A DNA stretch of 64,000 nucleotides from Nitrospinales bacterium (GTDB lineage Bacteria > Nitrospinota > Nitrospinia > Nitrospinales > VA-1): positions 992,001 through 1,056,000 of the forward strand of contig CBDCWG010000012.1 in NCBI GenBank assembly GCA_965223345.1, given 5' to 3'. Below the pieces are notes generated by a model. The model saw nothing but the letters and a program-made list of their open reading frames with translations. It searched no databases and had not been told where the DNA came from. Made by a program: the position numbers and the translations under genes. Below are positions 19,565-28,763 of this stretch, in pieces; the stretch's first letter is position 1, and each line of letters begins with the position of its first letter.

Positions 19565-20008
19565 CGGGGAGGCTGAGGATCCCTAAGGCTTACGATATTT
19601 CATGATCCCGCGCCCCACGGCTTTGCGGAGGGTCCCGCGGGTTTGGTTGCGCCGGGTCGGCCGGTTTGCTTTCCGGCCCGGTTTTATCCATCCGCGTGTC
19701 GAAAAAGCATTGAATTTCCCCTGCTAGAGAATTTTTCTCAGCGCACGCCCTTCTTTTTCCAACCTCCGAATCACACCTGTTAAAGCTGTTTCCTTTTCTT
19801 AAATTGCAAGCTTGTCACCGGGCTGTTGCCGATTCGTGACAGGGGTTTCGTATGCTGTGGAGGCACAAACTGAAATAGCATGGCGCGCCCTGTCTCTAAA
19901 ACGGGTTGTTGCAGAGACGTTGCTGGCAGCCAGAGAGAAATCGTGGCGTTTTGCAGCCGGAGGGCGCAGGCTGAATAACGCAAATTCAACGGCAATGAGG
20001 AAAACCCA

Positions 20009-21151
20009 ATGGGCGATCGCGGAGATCTTTCCGTATTGATCCTGGATGGAAACTGTCAATTGTCTGTGATGGTGCTTCGCAGTCTGGCAGGGATTCCCAA
20101 CCTGAAAGTGCACGTCCTGGCCAGCTACCCTGAAACCGAGGTGCGTTTCTGCCGTCACCGCGCTTCCTTTCGCCTGCACGCAGAGCCCGCCAACGACGCC
20201 GACTACCTCAAGGCCATTGCTGAGACCGCGCAGGAGGTGAAAGCGGATGTTCTGCTGCCCGTCAGCGCGGTGGGGATCGGGTTTGCGGCGAAACACGCGT
20301 CCGATCTAAAAAAGATCGCAAGGCTCACGACGGTGCCCGATCTTGAAACCTTCGACACCGCCGATGACAAGTGGGAGCTCGCCAGGCTCATGCAACAAGA
20401 AGGGATCCCCGCGCCGCACACCGTCCTTTGCACACGGGACGCCGCGTTTATGCGGGCGCTCGACTCGATGGACTTTCCCGTTCTCATCAAACCCACGCGC
20501 AGCAGTCACGGTACCCGCATCCAGAGTTTCCGGGACCGCGCCTCCCTCACGCGATTTCTCACAGACAATCACGACGATGAGCGCCCCTATATCGTTCAGA
20601 GCCGCATACCGGGCTACGACATCGACTGCAGCGTGCTGTGCAAGGACGGACGCATCCTGGCCCACACCATCCAGAAGGCGCTGATCGAAAATCCGGTGCC
20701 GTTCCGCACGCCTCTGGCGCTGGAGTTTGTGCAGCACGAAGCAGTGTTGAGCGTGGTGCGCCGGCTGATGCGGGCGCTCAACTTCAACGGCGTGGCGCAT
20801 GTGGACCTGCGTGTGGACACAAGCGATGACAGCGTGAAGGTGATCGAGATCAACCCGCGCTATTGGGCCAGCCTGCCCGGTTCGGTGGCGGCGGGCGTGA
20901 ATTTCCCGGAACTGGCCTTGAACCTGGCTCTGGACAAGTCGCTGCCCGATTTTGCATACCGGCCCCGCCGCTACATGGATGCACTGGGTTTGCTGAAAAA
21001 ATGGGCCCACCGCGCATCGGGCGTGCGCGTGCCTGCGTTCCGGTTTTCAGAGATCGGGTGGGATTCCCTGTTTTCCGATCCGCTCCCGTCTCTGTGGATG
21101 AGCTGGAAAAAAATATGGAAGCCTTTTGTGCGGCGGGTCAAGGCGGGATGA
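20009..21151 (+). CDS. ATP-grasp domain protein
   Basis: DKWEL, FPVLIKP, IVQSRIPG, GVAHVD, IEINPRYW, AGVNFP. Confidence 0.88.
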   Translation: MGDRGDLSVLILDGNCQLSVMVLRSLAGIPNLKVHVLASYPETEVRFCRHRASFRLHAEPANDADYLKAIAETAQEVKADVLLPVSAVGIGFAAKHASDLKKIARLTTVPDLETFDTADDKWELARLMQQEGIPAPHTVLCTRDAAFMRALDSMDFPVLIKPTRSSHGTRIQSFRDRASLTRFLTDNHDDERPYIVQSRIPGYDIDCSVLCKDGRILAHTIQKALIENPVPFRTPLALEFVQHEAVLSVVRRLMRALNFNGVAHVDLRVDTSDDSVKVIEINPRYWASLPGSVAAGVNFPELALNLALDKSLPDFAYRPRRYMDALGLLKKWAHRASGVRVPAFRFSEIGWDSLFSDPLPSLWMSWKKIWKPFVRRVKAG

Positions 21152-21180
21152 TGCAGAGAAGCGGGATGATGCAGAGAAGC
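21143..21180 (+). repeat. 18-bp tandem duplication across the ATP-grasp stop codon
   Basis: GCGGGATGATGCAGAGAA occurs twice in tandem. Confidence 0.8.
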
Positions 21181-21244
21181 TGCGATTGATCTATACTGAG
21201 TCCCGCACCACCCAACACAGATCGGGGAGGCCGTCCGAATCATC

Positions 21245-21706
21245 ATGCATCGAAACATAATCGGGTTCCATCAGGACGAGCAGGCGGACTGGGTTGCGGA
21301 TCTGGACTGCGGGCACGGCCAGCACACACGGCATCAGCCGCCGTTTCAAATCCGCCCCTGGGTGCAGAGCGAGGCGGGGCGGGCTTCGAAAATCGGGGAG
21401 ACGTTGAATTGCGTGCGCTGCGACCGGCTGGAAATTCCGGATGATTTCCTGCCCTTCAAGAAAACCCCCGAATTCAACCGGGACACGCTCCCCGAAGGGT
21501 TGAAGGCCAACCACAAAACCGCCCCCGGCATCTGGGCGCGCATTCATGTCCTCGAAGGGCAGCTCACCTATCGCATCGCCGATCCCGTCAACCAAACCTT
21601 CCATCTGAATCCCGATCAGCCCGGCACCGTCCTGCCGGAAATCCTCCACCACGTCGAAGCCGATGCGGCCGTTCGATTCTATGTGGAGTTTTACCGCAAA
21701 CAGTGA
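21245..21706 (+). CDS. DUF3565-DUF1971 (TehB N-terminal-like) fusion protein
   Basis: WVADLDCGHGQHTRHQPP...LNCVRCD followed by TPEF....LP.GL...H.T..G.W..I.VLEG.L...HHV. Confidence 0.8.
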   Translation: MHRNIIGFHQDEQADWVADLDCGHGQHTRHQPPFQIRPWVQSEAGRASKIGETLNCVRCDRLEIPDDFLPFKKTPEFNRDTLPEGLKANHKTAPGIWARIHVLEGQLTYRIADPVNQTFHLNPDQPGTVLPEILHHVEADAAVRFYVEFYRKQ

Positions 21707-21765
21707 GCCTTAGAGTGAGACCGGCTGCCTCGATCCCGTATCCGTTGCGCTGCTGTTGAAATCGT

Positions 21766-22266
21766 CTAGCGCGATCCTTCGATGGTCATGGGCAGCGGCA
21801 CTTTGTCTTTGCAGGCCCCGCCTGGGTTGAGCCCGCACTCATGTTGCCGCAACAACTCCGATTGCAATATTCTTTTGTTCCCGCGCGCATACCGGCGGGC
21901 TGCGTGAAACTGTTTGGCGGCTGGTTCGTGCTGGCCGGATTTGTGCAGACCCAAAGCCAGGTTGTAGTGCAGAATTCCCTGGCTCGGATCCCTCAACTGC
22001 TGCGCCAGGTTCAAGGCTTTTTTAAATTGCTCCCCGGCTTTTTCGTGCTCACCCTGTTGATAAAACCGGATGCCCTGGTTGTTGATTCGATCGATCTCAA
22101 GATCGAAATTCCTGGAACCTTCTGTTTTGGGTAGTTTCAATGGAACTTCATCGTCACTCCATGCCGGGACGCACAAGGCCGCCCATAAAATCAATACAAG
22201 GAGGACAATCTCAGCCAATCTGCCAAGCAGCGTGATTTTGTTATTTGTGATTTCATCTATGTTCAT
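21766..22266 (-). CDS. Exported TPR protein
   Basis: TM/signal, NNQGIRFYQQG and HYNLALGL TPR helices; overlaps the upstream gene (ATGA). Confidence 0.78.
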   Translation of the reverse strand: MNIDEITNNKITLLGRLAEIVLLVLILWAALCVPAWSDDEVPLKLPKTEGSRNFDLEIDRINNQGIRFYQQGEHEKAGEQFKKALNLAQQLRDPSQGILHYNLALGLHKSGQHEPAAKQFHAARRYARGNKRILQSELLRQHECGLNPGGACKDKVPLPMTIEGSR

Positions 22267-22538
22267 TGTTTTATCGCCCAGTGATTGTCTTTCATGCAAT
22301 GTTGAAACAGGGATTTCTTTCTGTTGAACCGCTCTCCGGCGCCCTCACTGCCTTCGCCGGGTTTCAGGTTTTGATCGACAAAACGCTGACATTCTTTGAC
22401 GTCTTTGAGAAACTCTTTTTTTCCTTTTTGTTTTTCGTCGCTATAAGACAGGTAATCGGTCTCCATCTGACATCCGGAATGATAGATTCCGACGAAACAA
22501 AAAAACAGCATCGAGGCAATCGATTTGTTGAATCGCAT
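22263..22538 (-). CDS. Small putative lipoprotein
   Basis: MRFNKS..HSG-C; D..EC...CMK..W Cys pair. Confidence 0.65.
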   Translation of the reverse strand: MRFNKSIASMLFFCFVGIYHSGCQMETDYLSYSDEKQKGKKEFLKDVKECQRFVDQNLKPGEGSEGAGERFNRKKSLFQHCMKDNHWAIKQ

Positions 22539-22587
22539 GGTTTTGTTCTGAAGCTTTCTTCTGCAAGCCGGAGTGTTTTTGAGGGGG

Positions 22588-23394
22588 CTAGCGCGCGCAA
22601 CGAAAACCAATGCCATCGGTTTTGAGCGCGAACCCGCCTTTCCCCCTCGATGCGGCACGAATGTCGGCTTGAAAGCTGTGCCAGGAGCCTCCCTTGATGA
22701 CTTTCAATATTCCTTCTCCCGGCCCCCTGGGATTTTTGTCCGGTGCTTTTGATAAATATCCGGGGTCGTACCAGTCCTGCACCCATTCGCGGGCATTCCC
22801 TGCCAGGTCTTTGATCCCGTAAGGCGAAGCGGTTTCACCATGCGAGCCCACCGGCCATAGGGTCTGAGCCCCTTGCCAGTCTCTTGCAAAATTAACCGTG
22901 TTTCGAGAGGGAGGTTGCGAACCCCAGGGGTAAACCCGTCCCTGTTCGCCGCGTGCGGCTTTTTCCCATTCCGCCTCGGTGGGCAGGCGTTTTCCCGCCC
23001 AGCGGCAATAATCCACTGCGTCGTACCAGGTCACCTGAACGACGGGCAGTTTGCCAACGCCAGGTTCTTGCGACAGCAATCCCGATCCGTAAGGATTGAG
23101 GGGTTCTTTGCGCCCGGTCGTGTGGATGAATTTCAGATAACGCTCATTGGTGACTTCAACCACATCGATTTCATAGCTGTCCAGATAAATGCTCCTTTGT
23201 GGGCGTTCGTCCGCCCTTCCGGTTGCCTGTTTGCTGCCCATCAGAAATTTCCCCTGCGGGATGGTGCGCATCTCGACCGGATCTCTGTTTGATGATTTGG
23301 GTGTGTCCTCTTTGCCGGTGTTTTTAAAACCGCTGAGCAGCACGACCTGGATCATCAGAATGAGTGGAATTAAAATTTTGCTGAGTGCTTTCAT
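22588..23394 (-). CDS. FGE-sulfatase (SUMF1/EgtB/PvdO-like) domain protein
   Basis: FLMGS, EVTN, PVVQVTWYDA, RLPTEAEWEKAARG, GNAREW, KGGSW, GFRC; the FGE catalytic Cys pair is absent. Confidence 0.9.
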   Translation of the reverse strand: MKALSKILIPLILMIQVVLLSGFKNTGKEDTPKSSNRDPVEMRTIPQGKFLMGSKQATGRADERPQRSIYLDSYEIDVVEVTNERYLKFIHTTGRKEPLNPYGSGLLSQEPGVGKLPVVQVTWYDAVDYCRWAGKRLPTEAEWEKAARGEQGRVYPWGSQPPSRNTVNFARDWQGAQTLWPVGSHGETASPYGIKDLAGNAREWVQDWYDPGYLSKAPDKNPRGPGEGILKVIKGGSWHSFQADIRAASRGKGGFALKTDGIGFRCAR

Positions 23395-23762
23395 TTTTTT
23401 GACTCAAGACTTTGGGTTATGACTGCATGCGTGATTTGTTTGATCTGATGGATGAGCATTTCGACCCTTTTCGTGTCGTTCCTGTCTTCCGCATCGTACG
23501 CTTCAGCCAGAAGCGTGCGCGATTTGTGCAGGTTCTTTTCCAACACCGTCTGGATTTGCGGCGATGCCAGCGTGCCTGCCAATGCAGCATGATGATAGGT
23601 TTCCCATGCCTGTTCGACGGCCAGCCGCGCCTGAGTTGTTTGATTGAAGGTGGGCTCGCCTTTGCTGTCCTCCCCATACCCCATTGCCGGAATCATGAAC
23701 GACAAGGACAGCCATAACAGGATTAAAGCCCGGGCATATAGATTGTGTTCGATCTGCGGCAT
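23391..23762 (-). CDS. Exported helical hypothetical protein
   Basis: Signal/TM then AWETYHHAALAGTLASP; its stop overlaps the start of the FGE gene (ATGA). Confidence 0.7.
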   Translation of the reverse strand: MPQIEHNLYARALILLWLSLSFMIPAMGYGEDSKGEPTFNQTTQARLAVEQAWETYHHAALAGTLASPQIQTVLEKNLHKSRTLLAEAYDAEDRNDTKRVEMLIHQIKQITHAVITQSLESKK

Positions 23763-23860
23763 GATGCAATCACCTGAGTATTGTTGGTTGAATCCTGTTT
23801 TACGGATGAAAGAGGAGGGGATGGAGCCCCTCCTCCTTGATACAGCTTCAAAAGCCAGGA

Positions 23861-24924
23861 TCATTGAATCTGCTTCTGAATCATTTCCTTCAGTTTCAGA
23901 TATTCCGGATTCGCAGTGTCCTGGTTCAGCGCTTTTTCAATGGCCTTCATCGCCTGTGGGTATTTTTCCGCACCCATGTTGATCAGGGCGTCCATGTAAA
24001 ATGCCCGCGCTTGCAGCATCGATTCGTTTTCCGCACTGCGTGCGCAGCGAAATCCGAGCCCCACGCCATAGCTGTTGTTCATGGGATCGTTCCAGAATCG
24101 GTGCGTCGTGGTGATGCTCTCAACGGGGGTGTACCAGGAACCGCCGCGGATGACCCGTTTTTTGCCCGTGGCAATCCGGTCCACATAGGTTCCGGTGGCA
24201 CTCAGAAAAACGCCATCTTCTGGCCCGGTCGGGTTGACGACCACTTTGGAGGTTTTGTAGTAATTGGGATCGTACCAGTCCGCGGTCCATTCAAAGACAT
24301 TTCCCGCCATATTGTAGACTCCGTATCCGCTTTTGCCCTCGGGGTAGGCATCCACATTGGCGGTGAATTCCTTCTTGCGCCCGTAGTTCGATTTGCTCGG
24401 ATCCATTTCGTTGCCCCAGGGATACTTGAATTTTTGCGGTCCGCTTGCGGCCTTCTCCCACTCCGCCTCGGTGGGCAGACGCTTGTTGGCCCAGTTGCAG
24501 AAGGCTTTGGCATCGTGCCAGTTGACCCCGCTGACGGGTTGATCCGGTTTGTTGCGGCGGTGGTCATCCCAATAGGCGGGGGCGGCATGTCCCGTTGCCT
24601 TCATGAATTCCCCATACTGCTTGTTGGACACTTCGTAGATGTCCATATAGAACGGGTCGAGGATAACATTGCGTGCCGGGCCTTCGTCGTGGAAGGCTTC
24701 GCGCGAGACAGCGTATCTCAACTGTTGCCGTTTGGACATTTTTTCTGTATCGACGTTGACTTCCCGATCGACACCCATGAGAAACGGGCCCGCAGGAATG
24801 AGGACCATGTTTTCCGGAACATCGGCGTCGCGGGAAAAAACCGTTGCCGGGGAAACCAGTCCGACAAACAGGAACAGGGGAAACGATCCATTTTGCTTTT
24901 TTACAATCCCATCGACTTTTTCAC
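23861..24924 (-). CDS. FGE-sulfatase domain protein with C-terminal TPR; signal peptide separated by a 1-bp homopolymer indel
   Basis: RLPTEAEWEKAA, GNVFEW, RGGSW, GFRC. AAGGAG RBS and GTG at 24924 join the signal-peptide frame only if the A5 run is A6. Confidence 0.85.
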
Positions 24925-24952
24925 GACGTTCTCCTTTATCGCTGAGTTTAAA

Positions 24953-25060
24953 TCATTGGAGTGTCATTTCACGGTCACGCTTGATGGTGGATGCTGAGCG
25001 GAAGTGTTGGTGAGGCACAGGGTTCTCCTTCGCATTGTGTTTCGAATTCCTGAATTGCAT
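24953..25060 (-). CDS. Short ORF with strong RBS (possibly indel-damaged)
   Basis: AAGGAGG 7 nt before ATG (MQFRNSKH...). Confidence 0.4.
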   Translation of the reverse strand: MQFRNSKHNAKENPVPHQHFRSASTIKRDREMTLQ

Positions 25061-25158
25061 GGTTTGACCTCCTTGCAATGTTGTGATCAAAAAAACCGAT
25101 TCCAGACACCGGTTGAAGACGTATCCATTCGAACGGACTGGAAACGGGAGTTGAGTGG

Positions 25159-25417
25159 CTATCCCTGGTTGTGTTTTCTGCCGATCGCCGTCGTTTTCCG
25201 CAGAGAAGGAAAAAGCGGTGTCTGATTCTTTGAGCTTGGAATGAGATCCACACGATTTCCGCAAAGCAGGCAGCGCTGGACCGTCCTGGTCCAATTCTGT
25301 GTCCCATCCCCGAATCACGTATCCCTGGCAGCGATTGCACTGGGTTGAGCCCGTTTTGCCCGGCTTGTCCTTTGACTTTGTGTTGGTTATCTTTATATGG
25401 TCCTCATGGATCGCCAC
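25159..25417 (-). pseudogene. Small CxxC...CxxC zinc-ribbon protein, frameshifted
   Basis: CNRCQG in one frame and VQRCLLCGNRVD in the next frame after one extra base. Confidence 0.6.
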
Positions 25418-25423
25418 CTTTTT

Positions 25424-25533
25424 TGTCTAATGTTTGTTGAGTGTTGTTGTAGACAGTTTTAGTATTTTGTCTAGATATTGTCAATAGTTTTTTTTAAAAA
25501 AGTTTTGACAAACATTAGACATTGCTGGATAGT
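25424..25533. promoter_or_regulatory. Divergent promoters overlapped by CarH/LitR-type 11-bp-spaced operator repeats
   Basis: + strand TTGACA-N5-TAGACA (25505-25521) with -10 GATAGT at 17 bp; - strand TTGACA-N5-TAGACA (25484-25468); - strand TCAACA-N5-TAGACA (25440-25424). Includes an exact 14-bp inverted repeat (25424-25437 vs 25508-25521). Confidence 0.75.
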
Positions 25534-25541
25534 CTGCGACT

Positions 25542-26450
25542 ATGAAAACCTACAGAATCAACCAGGTTGCGAAAATGACAGGCCTGTCCAAGGAGGTCCT
25601 GCGCGTGTGGGGAAAAACGCTACCGGTCTGGTCTTTCCGCAAAGGGGAGCGAACCGCTATCGGCTTTACAGCGAAGGAGGATGTGACGGTATTGCAAGTA
25701 CCTGGCGAAGGAAATCGATCAGGGCCAGTCCATCGGCGAGTTGGCCTCGCTGGGGAGGGAGGAAATCGCGGCCCGGATCGATGCCGAGGCGAGTGACACG
25801 GCGGATGGGAATGACAACAGCACCGGATCCTTTGATCAGGGATCTGGGAAAGATTCCTCATGCCGCTCGATCGAGTCACTTTTCGATAAAAAGTTGAACG
25901 AAATTATTTCTCTGCTGCCCTTTGAGGAAGTGTTCAAGCGGGTGCTGATTCCCTTACAAATTCGAACCGGGGAGCTGTGGTTTGAAGGGAAAATCGGGAT
26001 TGCAGTCGAGCATTATGTGACGACCCAGGTGAAGCAAAAACTGTTCGCGGTCATGAACATGCTGGGCAATCAGGAAGGACCCCAGGTCGTCATCGCGTGT
26101 CCCCCGTGGGAGCCGCATGAGATCGGGGCGCAAATGGTCGCCTACCATTGTTCCACTTTGAAATGCCAGGCCATTCTTTTGGGGGCAAACCTGCCTTTGC
26201 AGGATTTGATCGATTTTTGCACACGGGACAATCCGGATGCGGTCGTTCTGTCTTTCACCTCGCCCGTCAGCGAAAAAAAGGCCCGGGTGTTTTTTGCGGA
26301 ACTATCCAGCCAGATTTCTCCATTTGCCCTGTCTGGGCCGGCGGCCAGGCGCTCGTGGGGATGGAGTCGTTGTTTCAAAAACCGAATTTCAAGATCGTGA
26401 ACGAGTTGTCGTCTTTGAATACATTGTTGAATGAGCTGGAATCCAAGTAG
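25542..26450 (+). pseudogene. CarH/LitR-type MerR regulator with B12-binding domain; multiple 1-bp indels (pseudogene or sequencing error)
   Basis: MerR HTH (YRINQVAKMTGL...LRVW.KRY...R...RYRLYS) spread over frames; W-x9-EH (WFEGKIGIAVEH) and ExHxxG (EPHEIG) motifs; C-terminus PVWAGG..ELESK in another frame. Confidence 0.82.
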
Positions 26451-26518
26451 TGCCGGTTTTTTCTTGCAAGTGGGAATGAGACAATGATTCACAAAACCGC
26501 AATTCTTAAAGCCACAGT

Positions 26519-27472
26519 GTGATGGATAAAATCAACGTCGGCATCAGCAGCTGCCTGTTGGGGGAAAAGGTGCGCTGGAACGGCGATCACAAACAGAACT
26601 GGTACGCCAAGGAAATTCTGGGGGCCTATTTCGAGTATTTCCCGGTCTGTCCGGAAGTGGAAGTGGGCATGGGCGTTCCCCGGGAAACCGTGCACCTTAA
26701 GGGAAGCAAGGAATCGCCCGCCATGGTGGGAACGAAAACCGGCAAAGACTGGACGCGGAAGATGGCGCGTTTCAGCGCCGATAAAGTCAAGGAACTGGCC
26801 AGGCTCAAACTGTGCGGATTCATTTTTCAGAAAAAATCCCCCTCCTGCGGATTGTTCCGCGTTCCGCTTTATCCGCATTCGGGAAAACAGGCGATCTCCC
26901 AGGGCCGGGGGATGTTCGCGCAAGCGTTCACCGATCATTTCCCGCTGATTCCCGCAGAGGAAGAGGGACGCCTGAACGACCCCAGGATCCGCGAGAATTT
27001 CATCATCCGCGTCTTCAGCTATTTTCGTCTGCAGAAATTATTCGAGGCACGTTTTTCGCGTGGCGCGTTGGTTAGGTTTCACACCGCCCAGAAGTTTCTG
27101 CTCTTGGCGCACAGTCGGAAACACTACGACGCGCTGGGAAGGCTGGTGGCGCAGGCCAAGCAGCTATCGCAGGCCAGCTTGAAGGATCAGTATGCGAGTT
27201 TGTTCATGCAGGCGCTCGGTTTCAAATCCACCGCCAAGAAAAACACCGATGTGCTGCTGCACATGCTGGGCTTTCTGAAAAAGAACCTATCCGCCAGCGA
27301 AAAAAAGGACATCCTGTCCACCGTCGAGGATTACAGAAACGAGCTGGTTCCCCTGATCGTGCCCCTCACCCTGATCCGGCATCACGTGAACACCCACAAC
27401 ATCGAATACCTGTCCGACCAGGTCTACCTGAACCCGCACCCCAAGGAACTGATGCTTCGCAACCACGTTTGA
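26519..27472 (+). CDS. ybgA: DUF523-DUF1722 protein (YbgA/RudS-type thiouridine desulfidase)
   Basis: GISSCLLGEKVR, CPEVEVGMGVPRE, KSPSCG ([4Fe-4S] Cys), EEEGRLND..RENF, YLNPHPKEL.LRN. Confidence 0.9.
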   Translation: MMDKINVGISSCLLGEKVRWNGDHKQNWYAKEILGAYFEYFPVCPEVEVGMGVPRETVHLKGSKESPAMVGTKTGKDWTRKMARFSADKVKELARLKLCGFIFQKKSPSCGLFRVPLYPHSGKQAISQGRGMFAQAFTDHFPLIPAEEEGRLNDPRIRENFIIRVFSYFRLQKLFEARFSRGALVRFHTAQKFLLLAHSRKHYDALGRLVAQAKQLSQASLKDQYASLFMQALGFKSTAKKNTDVLLHMLGFLKKNLSASEKKDILSTVEDYRNELVPLIVPLTLIRHHVNTHNIEYLSDQVYLNPHPKELMLRNHV

Positions 27473-28763
27473 TCTCTTTTCACGCAACCAGCGTTTTATC
27501 ATTCGTAATTCTTCAACCGAATTTGGGCTTGCAATGCAACTTCACGCTTAATTGATTGGATCGGAGGTAATCCTTGACTGAAAGCAGGGTGTCTCTGGTG
27601 TGTGCTTAAGATTCTTCAGGAAGAGGGGGAGTCCTTCTCGGAAATAGGGAGTGATGGATGTAAAGAAGATACATTTAATTAAGTCAAAATATGCACATTT
27701 CCTTGAACTTCTCCGGAAACAGATCCAAGGAAGAGACTATACAAGTGTTTATTTTTAGTCGGGATGTAAGAAATTTGTCAAGGGAACATCTATTTTGGAT
27801 CAGAATACGCCTGGAAAAGTGAATTCGATTACCTCAAACGACTGAATCTACTTCGTGATGGAGAACGGGAAGCTATGAAAGAAAACGATAGGTAGAAAGA
27901 AGCGGAGTAAAATTCAGTCAGCTTTGCCGAAAAGGGCCTTGAGTGAACAATCTTAAGCTTCAGAAGCCTTACAATATTTATAGATTAAAAATTGGCAATA
28001 TAACCAAAAGTAGATTGCTGGGTACCGATGTTTCCATTCGAATTTCAAGGTTGGATTGAAGGTGTCTGAATCAAGAAAATGTTTTTCAGAATTGTCGGAT
28101 AGTCAACCAAAGTGTGAAAGTGCCGAACACATACAATGCTGCCATCTGAGGCTAAGGATTTTCGAACCTTCCTCCATTCTACAGCCCTTCTTCACCAGAC
28201 TCTCTTGAATGGGTATTCAGATCGCGATTCTCATTTCCGTTTGATGCCTTCTCACCTCCTTAAGAGGATCTTTCGCAGACCGCTTTATTCCGGACTTCTT
28301 CCGGAGAACCCAAACCGCTCCATACAGTTAGTCCATATTTTAAAAATGCTTTTCCTAGAACCGCCAGAATGTACAATGGGAATAAACCTACTTGCGCCGG
28401 GGTCTTATTTATATGGTGAAGAACAGGATAAAAATGAAACATGGGGCTTTGGAAAACCGGCAAATGAAGACTGCAGCGCCGTTCATCGATTGCGCAAGAG
28501 AGTAATCTGCATTACAGTCAAGGATCAGAAGCAAACGCAGGCCAATGCCTTCAACCACGTGCGTGAAACGATTCATGCCAATACGGTCGAGTTGCTCGTA
28601 ATATTGAAAGAAACGATCTGGCTCAGCACGAATTGGTTTTGATAATGGCTCGGGAGCGGATCACCGGCCCCATGACGTATCAGGCTCATCTGTGAACTGT
28701 GTTTGTATGGACCAAAACATTATGACGCATGATAATGAACAAACCGTCCATCAGGGGGAAGCG

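Noticed and set aside
22588..24924. True formylglycine-generating enzymes or a DGR target
   Set aside because: The catalytic Cys pair is missing, no sulfatase is adjacent, and no reverse transcriptase or template repeat is present.
28136..28642. 168-aa plus-strand ORF
   Set aside because: No RBS, no recognisable motif, lies in a decayed AT-rich spacer.
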